This document shows positions 1 to 11,900 of a stretch of DNA of 64,000 nucleotides, piece after piece. Both the position numbers and the translations under genes were made by a program. Origin of the DNA: Lama guanicoe (Eukaryota); assembly GCA_013239625.1 (NCBI GenBank), contig MU053559.1, positions 1,366,001 through 1,430,000 of the forward strand. Reading direction: 5' to 3'. The notes under the pieces are model-generated. The model worked only from the letters and a program-made list of their open reading frames with translations, searched no databases and was not told the origin of the DNA. Within the stretch, counting starts at the first letter, position 1, and every line of letters starts with the position of its first letter.

Positions 1-120
1 AAAGTCCCTTTTGTCATGCAAGGTAACATATTATGAATATTATTAACGTATTCATAGGTTCCAACGATTAGAATGGGGACATCTTTGGAGCGGGGAACTC
101 GGTTATTCAGCCAACTACAC
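1..120 (-). mobile_element. MLT1 (MaLR) LTR 5' end, cut by the window edge
   Basis: Reverse complement reads tgtagttggctgaataac...caaagatgtcc...ctaatc...gttaccttgcatgacaaaagggacttt, the MLT1 start. Confidence 0.8.
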
Positions 121-419
121 TCAGTTACAGGTTAGACTAGCTATGGAGAAGGCAAAGTTCACCGGGTCCTAGGTCCACTGTGAGGCTCATCCAGTTCAGA
201 TTTGTGAAGATTATCTTGCTCTTTGGATGTGAGCCTCTAAACTGCTTGCCTTCCTATCAGATGACTACTTCTGGCCCAGTCATCTGTCCAGGATGGCAAG
301 TGGTACAGAACTCATATGATTAAACCCTAACTCAGGTGGCTCTCTTCAGGGAGAAGCTGAGTAGAAACACTTAGAGAAGGGCCTTGGGGCATCAGGCAAA
401 GTGACCAAGAGTATGAGCT

Positions 420-635
420 GTAGAGGCAACCGCACAGGTTCTAGTCCTAATCCTGCTGGATAGTAGCTGTGGAGCCTTGAATAACCGTCTTAACCACTCG
501 GCCTCAGTTTTCACATGTGTCCAATGGAACAGTATCTTCGTATGATTGTCATGAGATGTGAGTATAAAGTAGTTCACATAAAAGGCTTATTTAACAAAGG
601 GCCTGATGCAGAACAAGGGCTCAATACGTATTGCC
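420..635 (+). mobile_element. MIR SINE
   Basis: MIR core gcctcagttttcacatgtg and tail gggctcaatacgtattg. Confidence 0.7.
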
Positions 636-2345
636 ATTCTTACTGATTTGAAGGCTTGACTGGTCCTGAACAAGTTTCCTGGCCTGTCCTACCAAAGGTT
701 TTGGTCTTCGCTGGCTTCCCTAAGAGACCTAAGTAGCTGTCTTGAAACTGACCTTTAGCCTGGTCTTTTCCAATGTAGTTCTCAGTCCATCTTTGAGGAC
801 TAGGGGACAAGGACACTGGCACAAATTCTGCCCCAAAGATGCAGAATGCCCCGTTTGATCTTGTTCATGGTTATCCCTGTGGGAAAATCTGACTGAAAAG
901 ACCAATGAGCGGCCACGGTACTGCGTAATAGCCAACAATAGCCTCGTGAACACCAGCATTGGATTCACCCCTATGGCCACCTTTCTGCAGAGCTGGAGGA
1001 GGGAGCAGGGCAGAATTAACCAGAGATCCTGTCTGGGAAGGTAGAAGAGAAAAAGTTAGGATGAAAGGAAGTCTGTTACCAGAACCCTGGTGCACACGCC
1101 AGGATTATCTGAAGCAGGCTCAAGTGTGTAACTTTTCCCCCCTAAGTAGCTGAAAGATCTAAAATGGTAACTAACTGCCCAACTTTAAGGGTCTTTCTTT
1201 TTTGAGGCCGAGGCGATTAATTCAATGAGATTAGAAATTTCAAAATGTAAGCAATTCTTAGCAGAAAGTTTTTTCACCATGTGAAAAATGACTATAAAAT
1301 AATGAGACCCATTTTTATGTGTGATTCATGGAACCAGCTTTCATTACATCATGGCAATACTTTAGAAAGCAATGTTGACCAAAAGGCGGTTCTGCAAATC
1401 ATTTCCAAATTCAGATAACTTGCTGTAATGAGTACAGCTTAATCAGCCCAATTCCATCTTTCCAGCTTGTTTATAACCAGACATTCAGTTAAAATAAATA
1501 AAATGGAGAAGGTGGGGTGTTAAGAGTAGTCAGGTAAGGAGAGGGAAATGTAAAGCTTGGGGCTTTAAAGCTGGAATTCTCATATCCAAACCCACCTTAA
1601 CATGATGAGAAATGACGGATGCTCTGAGAGTTTTATCAAGATGACTAATGTATTTAAGGAGCATCAGGTCAAAGAACTCATCACTTTCTGGACAAGGCAG
1701 GGGGCACTGGGCTGGGGCTTGGCCTCACCTCCATCCCAGCTCATTTCAAGGACAAACTATCCTCAAGGCTTCAGGTCATACAATTTGTTCCAATCCATGA
1801 AGTAAAATTAACTGAATTCACAGAAGCCTCCTTCAACAGTGATGAGCTGAGTATTAAAGAGCTCCCTGTGTAGGAGTGATGGCCTCAGGGTAGGCCTTTA
1901 TTTATTAACTAAACGTTATTTTTTTTAAAAAATCAATGCACAATTGCTGCTTTCCATAAAACTTGAGAATAGCTGAATTAAGGTTGTAAAAATCTAATAA
2001 ACATTTGTTATATATTAGATACAGTTTTTGGAAAATATCACATGAAAGTTATTCAGTGGTAAATAAGGTTTTAATCCTATCATGTACTTTTCCTCCATTC
2101 TTAAGAGTCAGCAAGTATGCTGAGGACTGTGAAATCCTGGAGGAAAAAAGTCCCAGGACTGTGCATCCTCTAGTTTATTCTATGAATTTAAAACTTTCCT
2201 CAACACAGAAACAAAGGTTCATCTCTTATTCGGATTATGGACATTAGCATAAACCCCAAGCTTTTGGTGGTTGTAACAGGGTGTGTTTGTAGTTTTAGTT
2301 CTCCAACACTTCACCTAACAGTTCACTGAATCAAAACAGTTATCT

Positions 2346-2418
2346 AGGAAGGAGAGAGAGGAGGGAGGGGAATGCAGGGGGGAGAGGAGGCAGGGGAAGG
2401 GAAGAAGAGGGGGAGGGA
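2346..2418 (+). repeat. GA-rich polypurine low-complexity tract
   Basis: Almost only G/A, with seven runs of three or more G. Confidence 0.85.
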
Positions 2419-2799
2419 CAACCTTATCTTTTAGCTATCTTCACCGTTGATTTACCCAATGACCTTTAGCAAGTTTCTCAAATATAACGAAAATGTTTTT
2501 AATGCTCTCAAATCCCAATGACACTACATAACCCCTGTAACGTTAACATACTCACATGACTCCAAATAGAATAATTATTGTAAAGAATGTACATTTTAAG
2601 TGAGGCCTGCTCTAAGCCTTCTGAACTTTGGCTTTAGATAGGATCCATTTCCCTGAGGTTTTTTATGCTGATTCTAAGGTTTTGTCTTATTAGCCAGATG
2701 AAATCAAGATTTCTGGGTAGAATCCAATTCTCCAGAGTTCTCTTTGGTACCTGGTATTGACATGAATTGTGAATTTGTGCTTTTAAACATTCAATTCCT

Positions 2800-5077
2800 C
2801 CTTCCTTTACCTTTACCCTCTATTTTCTTTAATGAATAAGATTTTTTTAAATATAAAAGGAACATATCTAAGATTTTTAAAAAGCCATATGCCAAAATAA
2901 AAAATTACCACACTGACAGTAGTTAGCAGTTTTCATAATTTAATGAAAAAGTATCGGTAAAAAGGTGACATTTGAAAAAAGACTGAGTTTATCTTGGAAA
3001 ACTGGACTATATAAGACAAAATGAAAAAAAAATTAACAAAGAAGGTTAAGAGGTAATACTTCAAACAACAGCAAAATGTAGCAAATACATTTTGGGGCAA
3101 GTGAAATTTATACAACTGAAGGCTCCTTCATTTACTTAGGAAAATCCTGTAAAAATATTACAACTATATTTCCCTGACTGAAATTATTTTAGTCAATACT
3201 CTCCCAATGGCATTACATATGGAATTTGGCTGAAGCACTTTTTCAATGTTTGCTTTTCTTCCCACTCACTCAGAATTGAAAGGCATGAAAGGCTGCTGCA
3301 CTGGCCTCTAACAGAAGGAGTTTATAACACAGCTCCGTTACAACTTTATTACTGTGAAGGTGTCAAATTAATATCTACCCCAGGAGAATGCAAAAAAAAG
3401 CACAGAAACCCAGTGCATAAACAGAAGAAATTCTCTTCCTCATTTGGATAATTCATAGCTTTGTTTCCATTCAAACAACGTACAGGACACCTACCACACA
3501 TGCTATGGCATTTTCACACACATACACAGGCACAAAAGAAACATTTTGAAGGTGTAGCCAAAGAAGAGGAAAAATACAGGTGTTTCCAGAAAAGGAGGTA
3601 AAAACAAAAGCAAAGGAGCCCATTAACAAGGCTTTACGAGAACAAAAGCAGGTGAGAGAAAAGCTGCTGAGTTTCCCATATTGACGGAGGGAAGAGGGGC
3701 CCCTGCCTTTGCCACAGCTGGGCTGTTTCAGCAGTAAGCAACTTCCAAAGTCTAAAATGGCCTCTTTTGTATGAAAATTCTCACTACGTGTTCCCAAACT
3801 AGAAGAAAGAGAATATTAATTTAAGGCTAAGAAGAAAAGAGAGCAGAGAATTGTAGTCAGCTTCACATTTCAAAAACTGTAACTTTCCTCTTCTTTAAAT
3901 GGGAAGCAGATATGTTTTATCCCCCACGAATGTAATTATTCTCTTCCTCCCAGAAGTTAATCAAGGCTGATAGTTTGGGAACAGGGTATGAGCAACTTCT
4001 GAAAAACGGCTCCAGCCTTTTTGTTTGGGAAATTGGATTCAAAGTTGGTACAAAGCTAAATTATATCCATGTGTTAAACACATGCTTTCAAATTCTGTTT
4101 GACAATAAAAATCTGTTTCAAAATTAAAGCAGGTAAGAATACTTAACCTCTGTGCATTTTACTATATTTTAATTATACCTCAATAAAAATTTTATAAACA
4201 TTAAAGCAGGTATACAAAAACTGTCAGCCAAACTTATTTAAGTCAAACTTATTTGAAAACAATAACACAAAAACCCTGACCTGATAGAAATCCCCCAGAA
4301 ATGTTCTCACTTTGGGAAAGGCTCTGGGATCCTTCGCAAATGCCTAAGCTGAGAGAATCAGAGCATTTTCCTTGGAAGTAGTACTTTTGTAAACACTATC
4401 CACAAGTTAGCCTTTTATGCTTGTTAGCTGGGTGAAATAGTTACAAGTGCGTCCCCAACAAGCAGGTCTAGGAACAGGCACTGGACATTTAGAAGCATTA
4501 GGAGTATTGACTTGGTAAGTTAAGATACTGTGAAAGGAACTCAACCTTGTGCAGAGCACAGGAAGAGGGTAGTGAGTTTGACAATATCTGAGATGTTGGT
4601 CCCTGGTCTCTCCCTAAAGAGGTCCAGGAACCAGTGGAGTCAGAAACTTCCTACAGACATGAGCTCTGGGAGTCACATGCTGCAGCTTCAAAACGTAAGT
4701 AGTTTTTAGTGTCTGATAATCATGCTCTCTTGCAAATCTATTAACAATGCAAGGACTCTTCATACGTATGTGTATCAATGTGTTAAGGTAACTGGAAAGC
4801 TGCTCCAAAGTATTTACTAAGGAAATACTCTTCGGCCCAGCTGTTTTCACTAGCCTCTGGCTAAAAAAGAACTGTTTTGGATAATATGCAATTTCTATGA
4901 GTGTGCTTTGAAAACTAGACTTGAAACCGGTTCAAAAACTGTAAGCCAATTTACTGTGGAAAATTTCATCCTTCTCACTACAATTCCTTCTAACATATAC
5001 TAGAATCCTTTTGGTGTATGGGTTTCCCCAATATATGAGGCAAAGGCAAAGATGGAGCTTTTCTTGGAAGTTTCTGA
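2800..5077 (-). other. JADE3: JADE3 3' UTR (distal end uncertain)
   Basis: AT-rich, nearly repeat-free sequence after the stop. Minus-strand poly(A) hexamers: AATAAA 3345-3350; ATTAAA 2939-2944 and 2828-2833; overlapping AATAAATAAA 1897-1906. Confidence 0.6.
4136..4199 (+). mobile_element. 64-bp L1 3' tail remnant in the JADE3 3' UTR
   Basis: tgtgcattttact...aattatacctcaataaaa flanked by a perfect 13-bp direct repeat ATTAAAGCAGGTA (4123-4135, 4200-4212). Confidence 0.75.
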
Positions 5078-5988
5078 TCACCTATGCATTGAACTGTGCG
5101 AAAGCGGGTATGTCTTGCTTTTACCATGGCAATCCCGTCTGGAGTCATGGGGAGGATTTTCCCTGTCTGAGCTCTCTCTCTTTACCCTGACTTTCTCTTT
5201 ATTCCCATCACTTTCTGCTTCTGAATCACTCAGCTCCAAATCTGGGCAATAGCCATCGTTTTCCTGATATGGAGCGCTCCCTGCAGACCGCCTGGCAAGC
5301 TGCCTACCCCAGAGCTGCTCCTTGGGGTTAATATTCTTGGTTGGCTTCACACAGCACTGGAGGTCCTCTGTGGTCCTCGCCCACCTGTTGGTGGCCTCTT
5401 TAAAGGACCTGCTGAAGTGTTCCATGGTAGATTTTCTAAAGCTGCTCTGACTACTCAAGTGGGAGCTGAGCATCGACTCCTGGTCACAGAACATCTCACT
5501 TGAACTGTCTTTTTGGGTGACATCCCCAGACCAGCTGCCCTCCAGGCCATTGGATTTGGCAAACTTGGAGTTAGGCTGACTTTTCCCATTCCCAATGGAA
5601 GACTGTCCATGCAGGGCAGCCTGAAGGACCAGAGGCTTTCCCAGCGACTGCCCGTGACAGAACTCCGGAGATGGAGTTCTCCAAGCAGGACTGGGATCCT
5701 TTGCTTCACTTCTAGAATGGCCAAGACTGGCCAGAAAACAGTTATTCTTGCTCTCTAGGGGGTGCCTTGGATATGGTTTCATTCTCATTTCTAGTGATTC
5801 CTGAGCCACCTGCATGCTCCTCATATTGCGAACAGGGGAGTTGCCGTCAGGAGAGAGGGGTCCGTGATCAGGCTCTGAGGAGCTGTTTCTGCAGTCTTCC
5901 GGGGCTGATCTGGGCATTTTTAACTTTAAGGTAATTCGTGGCGGTGGGTAAAACAATGAGTTTTCTAGTGCACTTGTCAAAGGAAGTC
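5078..5988 (-). CDS. JADE3: JADE3 last exon, coding part, [24 protein letters not shown]...HSSMHR*
   Basis: Lies within ORF 5078..5998; acceptor tctttctttttgatctcag; TGA at 5080-5078; 911 nt. Confidence 0.97.
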
Positions 5989-8900
5989 CTGAGATCAAAA
6001 AGAAAGATTCATTTTAACAACTGATTTAAATAATGGTGTATGTTTTCATGCAAACAGAAATATAAGAAAGTGAGGGTAGTGATACGCATAACCAGACAAA
6101 ATAGACTTTAAAACAATGGCTATAACAAAAGACAAAGAAAGGCATTCTATAATGCTGAAGGGAGCAATACAAAGGAGGCTATTATACTTATTAATATATA
6201 TGTACCTAATACAGGAACATCTAAATACATACAGCAAATACTGACAGAAAGGGAGAAACTGACAATAATACAATGATAGTAGGGGCTTTAACCTCACTGA
6301 CATAATTGGACTCAGCCTGGGGATCATCCAGACAGAAAATCAATAGGCAACAATGGTCTTAAATGACACAACAGACGAGTTGGACTTAATTGGTATCTAC
6401 AGGGTACTATATCCAAAACCAGCAGAATTCACATTCTTTCCAAGTGCACACTGAACATTCTCTAGGACGGATCACATGCTGAGCCACAAGTCTTAACAGA
6501 TTTAAGAGGACAGAAATTATACCAAGCATTTTTTTCCAACCACAATGGTATAAACTAGAAATCAACTACAGAAAGAAAAATGAGAAGAGAACAAACACAT
6601 GGAGACTAAACAACATGCTACTAAAAAACCAATGTGTCAATGATGAAATCAGAGAGGAAATTAAAAAATACCTTGAGACAAACGACAATGAAAACATAAC
6701 CACAAAAAATCTATGGGACACAGCAAAATCAGTCTTAAGAGGGAGTTCATAGCAATAAAGGCCTTTTTGAAAAAACAGGAAAAATCTCAGATAAACAACC
6801 TAACCTACCACCTAAAAGAATTAGCAAAAGAAGAATGAAAAAACCTAAAGTCAGCAGAAGGAAAGAAATAATAAAGATCAGAGAGGAAATAAATAGAGAT
6901 TAAAAAAGCAATTAAAAAATCAATAAAACCAAGTGCTGTTTTTTTTTTGGAAGAGTAAACAAAATTGACAAACCTCTGGCCAGACTCAGAAGAAAAGAGA
7001 GAGGACCCAAATAAACAAAATAATAAAGGAAAGAGGAGAAATTACAACCAACATACAAAAACCCCCCCCAAAACCCTTGTAAGATAATACTATGAACAAT
7101 TATAGGCCAACAAACTGGACACAACTGAGAAGGACTGGACAAATTTCTAGCAATGCCAAGACTGAATCAAGAAGAAACAATTTGAACAGACTAGTAGTAA
7201 AATTGAATTATAATGAAAAAGCTCCCATCAAACAAAGTCCAGGACCAGACAGTTTCACAAGGGAAATCTATCAAACATACAAAGAAGAACTAATACCTAT
7301 CCTTCTCAAACTGTTCCAAACATCTAAAGAGGATGGAACACCCCCAAATTCGTTCTACGAGGTCACCATTACCCTGATACCAAAATCAAAGATATGACCA
7401 AAAAGGAAAACTAGATGCCAGTATCTTTGATGAATAGAGATGCAAAAGTCCTTAACAAAATATTTGCAAGCCAAATCCAACCATATATAAAAAGGAACAT
7501 ACATCATGATCAAGTTGGATTTATTCCAGAAACACAAGAATGGCTCAGTATCTGCAAATCAATCAGTGTGACACACCATGTTAACAAAAGGATAAAAACC
7601 ACATGAACATCTCTATAAATGTAAAAAAAAGCATTTGACAAAATTCAACATCCATTCATAATAAACACTCTTATCAAAGTTGGTACAGAGGGAATATATC
7701 TCAACAATGAAGACCATTTATGACAAACCCATAGCCAACATTATATTCAACAGTGAAAGTTGAAAGCCTTTTCTCTAATTCAGGAACAAGACAAGGATGC
7801 CTACTCTTGCCACTTCTATTTAACATAGTACTGGAAGTCCTAGCCACAGCAACCACACAAGAAAATAGCATCCAAACTGGAAGGGAAGAGGTAAAATGGT
7901 CACTGTTTGCAGATGACATGATACTTTACATAGAAAACCCTAAACTCTCCACCCAAACACTACTAGAATAAAAAAAATTCAGCAAAGTTGCAGGATACAA
8001 GATTAATATACAGAAATCGGCTGCTTTTCTATACACTAATAATGAACTATCAGAAAGATAAAGTAAAAAAAAATCCTGCTTAAAATCACATCAAAAGGAA
8101 TAAAATAATTAGGAATAAACAACCAAGTTGTTGAAAGACCTATACTCTGAAAACTATAAAACACTGCTGAAGGAAACTGAAAATCACATAAAGAAACAGA
8201 AAGATATCCCATGCTCTTAGATTCAAATAATTAATATTGTTAAAATGGACATACTACCCAAAGAAATCTATAGACAATGCAATTCATATCAAAATATCCA
8301 TTACAGTTTTCACAGAACTAGAACAAATAATCCTAAAATTCATGTGGAATCACAAAAGGCCCTGAATTGTCAAAGCAACCTTGAATAAAAAGAGCAAAGC
8401 TGGAAGTATCATGCTCCCAGACTTCAGATTATACTACAGAGCTACAGTAATCAAAACAGCATGGTACTGGCACAAAAACAGACACACAGATCAATGGAAC
8501 AGAACAGAGAGCCCAGAAATAAACCCATGCACCTATAGTCAATTAATCTACAACAAAGGATGCAAGACTATACAATGGAGAAAAGACAGTCTCTTCAACA
8601 GGTGGTTGCTGGGAAAACTGGACAGCTACATGTAAAATAATGAGCACTTCCTCACACCATATACAAAAATAAACTCAAAATGGATTAAAGACCTAAATGT
8701 AAGACCTAAAATCATAAAATTCCTAGAAGAAAACAGGCAGAACATTCTTTGCAATAAATAATAGCAATTTTTTTTGGATCTGTCTCCTAAGGTCAAAGAA
8801 ATGAAAGCAAAAATAAACAAATGGGACCTAATTAAACTTAAAAGCTTTTGCAAAGCAAAGGAAACCACTGACAAAATGAAAACCTACAGAATGGGAGAAA

Positions 8901-11900
8901 ATATTTGCAAATGATATGATCAACAAGGGGTTAATATCCAAAATATATAAAGAGCTCATAAAACTCAATATCAAAAAAAAATAAATAAAAGCAACCTGAT
9001 CAAAAAATGGGCAGAAGACCTCAACAGACATTTTTCCAAAGAAGACGTACAGATGGCTAACAGGCACATGAAAAGATGCTCAACATCATTAATTATTAGA
9101 AAAATGCAAATCAAAACCACAATGAAATATCACCTCACACCTGTCAGAATGGCTATTATCAAACAGTTTATAAATAACAAATGTTGGTGAGGATGAAAAG
9201 GGAACCCTTGTACAGTGTTGGTGGGAGTATAAATTGGTGCAGACACTGTGGAAAACAGTATGGAGGTTCCTTAAAAAACTAAAACTAGAACGACCATATG
9301 ATCCAGCAATTTCAGTCCTGGGAATACATCCAGAAAAAATGAAAACACTATTTCAAAAAGATATATGCACCCCAAATTCACAACAGCACTATTTACAATA
9401 GCCAAGATATGGAAGCAACCCAAGTGCCCATGAACAAAGGACTGGATAAAGAAGTTGTGGTATATATTTACAATGGAATACTACTCAGCTATAAAAAGGA
9501 ATGAAATTCTGCCAGTTGAGGCAACATGGATGACCTAGAGAATATTGCATTTAGTGAAATAAGTCAGACAGAAGAAGACAAATACTGTATGATATCATTT
9601 ATATACGTAATCTAAAAAATAATACGAAAGAATGTATATGCCAAAGAGAAACAGACTCACAGATATAGAAAACAACCTTGTGTTTATCAAAGGGGAGAGG
9701 GGCAAACTAGGGGTATGGGATTAAGAGATACAAACTACTACATATAAAACAGGCTAAGCAACAAGGATATATTGTACAGGAATTATACCCATTACCTTGT
9801 AATAATTTTTTTGCATATATATTTTTTATTGAAGTATAATCAGTTTACAGTGTTGTGTCAATTTCTGGTGTACAGCACTGTAATAACTTTTAATGGAATA
9901 TAAGCTGTAAAGATACTGAATCACTATGCTGTATACCTGAAATTAATATAATTTTGTAAATCAACTATACTTCAATTAAAAAAGAAAAAAATTAATAAAT
10001 AATGGTGTAGTGCTTACGGCAGAGTGAGTTGTAGACATACACATCACATACCTACTCTTCCAAATGTCTAAAAAGCACCCCTCTTTGATGTGTATGTATA
10101 GCCACTGAAATGAGCTGAACTAGATGCTGGGGCAAGGGATGCTATAAGTGGAAAACTCAGGAATGACACTGTCTGCTGTGTGACTCCCCAACGTTTTCAC
10201 CTCTGCTCTCCCAGTCTGTAAAATTATCACAAAGACTAGCGTGGTGCCTCCTACATCCTTTCTCTGTCCCTTCCATTTCTGAAAAGAATGTCACTAGCAG
10301 CAGTTTAGAACAGGGCTTCCCCATTTGTGTGTCTGTATGTGTGCATGTGTGGGTACTGCACAGCACAAAGGACATGCCTTAAACATAGAGATTTCATACC
10401 CCACCCTCCAGTCTCTTCTGGTCTTCCTAAAGCAAATCAAATACAAACCTGCAAGAATGTAGCACAGGTTTTGCTGGGTGAAGAGTATGTGAGTATGTGT
10501 TTTAACCTGGTATTAGTAGCAGTGTTAGTGGGTGTATGTCCTTAACCTAAAATAACTTCCTCACTATGAATGATCATTGGAGGTGTGGAGTAGGTTTTGC
10601 AGTGGCAAGGCCAGCAGAAAAGAATCATGATGTTCTTGCCAACGGTCTGTTATGGACTTGGCCTGGGGAGCACTGGCAATCAGTTACCTGGTTATATCAG
10701 TCCTACAATCATACTTAGAAGAGGTCTTCTTCTCTCTATTATTTTGAGTGCTCTGAAATTAAAAGGGCACTACCAAACAACTTCTGTGCGTGGACTTGAC
10801 CTTTGCCCATTACTATTTCACTGTAGCCTCACAAAAATGACATATAGCGAGGACAACTACTAGGAGCCCCAATGGGCAGCACACATGCAGTTATGGGGCT
10901 GGCTCCCACTAATCAGAAGCCACATAGTCTAGAGGCCAATTTCCTTGGCACCATAGGGGCTCCTCCTCCTGTCCTTTGGTTCTCCTTGTCTTGTCCATCA
11001 TGATGCCCTTGTGGCTGAGCAGCCTTGCTACCTCTTGCTACACCATTCTGCTGTGACCCATGATATTCACAAATAGTCACAAGCCTTTGATGCCTATCTG
11101 ATACCTCATTTCTGGGTGTCTTCTCTTGTGCTATGGCTGGTCCTTGGCAGAAGCTGGATTCTGTACACCCTGCCCAGTCAGCCCTGGTTGCCCAGGTTCT
11201 GCCACCGACCTCTGTGCTAAATGAGGCATAGGGAGGTTACAAATGTTACTGAATATGACTATCATTATTCCAGCCAAGCTCCTCGTGCTTAGGGCACTGG
11301 AATTATGCTCATTCGTTTCCCTCACCAAGTGGGCAGTGTACTCTGAAGGAAGGAGTTCTGTCTTGCTGACTGCTCTATCTTCTAGCTCAGTTCTTAGTCC
11401 ACAGCGGGTGCTCAATAAACATTAGTGAATAAATCAAGAGACAAGAATCCAGATCTCTAACTTCTGACTAAGCATTTGTTTTAACAGACTATTGTTAAGA
11501 TGAGTAACCGTGGAAGTAAATGTTTTTTGGAAACTAGGATTAGATTCTATCCTACTGATTTCTACATGAATCTGATGATTTTAGAATAATTTCACGGCTC
11601 CAACTAATGGCCTCTAATATCTGTCTGGGACCTAGGTTATCTGCCTTAGACCTACAATTCCCTCAGTCCCACTCTGGGATTTCTTGCCTCATGAGTCGAC
11701 AGTGAAATGGGCCATGTTATATCAGGGCTGGACTAGAACAAACGAATTTAAAAGATTTTTAAGTCAAGCAATTGACATAAAATTTATATAGGTTACCTGC
11801 AGCAATTTCTTGGTTAGCAAGCTGGACTTGCAAACTGAAGATCTGTTCTTGAACTTTGTTGTATGACAGTTTCAGCTTCTCTCGCCTGCTTATCATGTAG

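Noticed and set aside
1270..1288. 8-bp-arm hairpin tttttcac-cat-gtgaaaaa
   Set aside because: Short and low-complexity; expected by chance.
3412..3418. miR-148/152 seed match (TGCACTG, minus strand) in the 3' UTR
   Set aside because: A single 7-mer is expected by chance and conservation cannot be tested here.
7092..8635. RT-like ORFs as an active element
   Set aside because: They are fragments of L1 ORF2 broken by stops and frameshifts, and the element is 5'-truncated.
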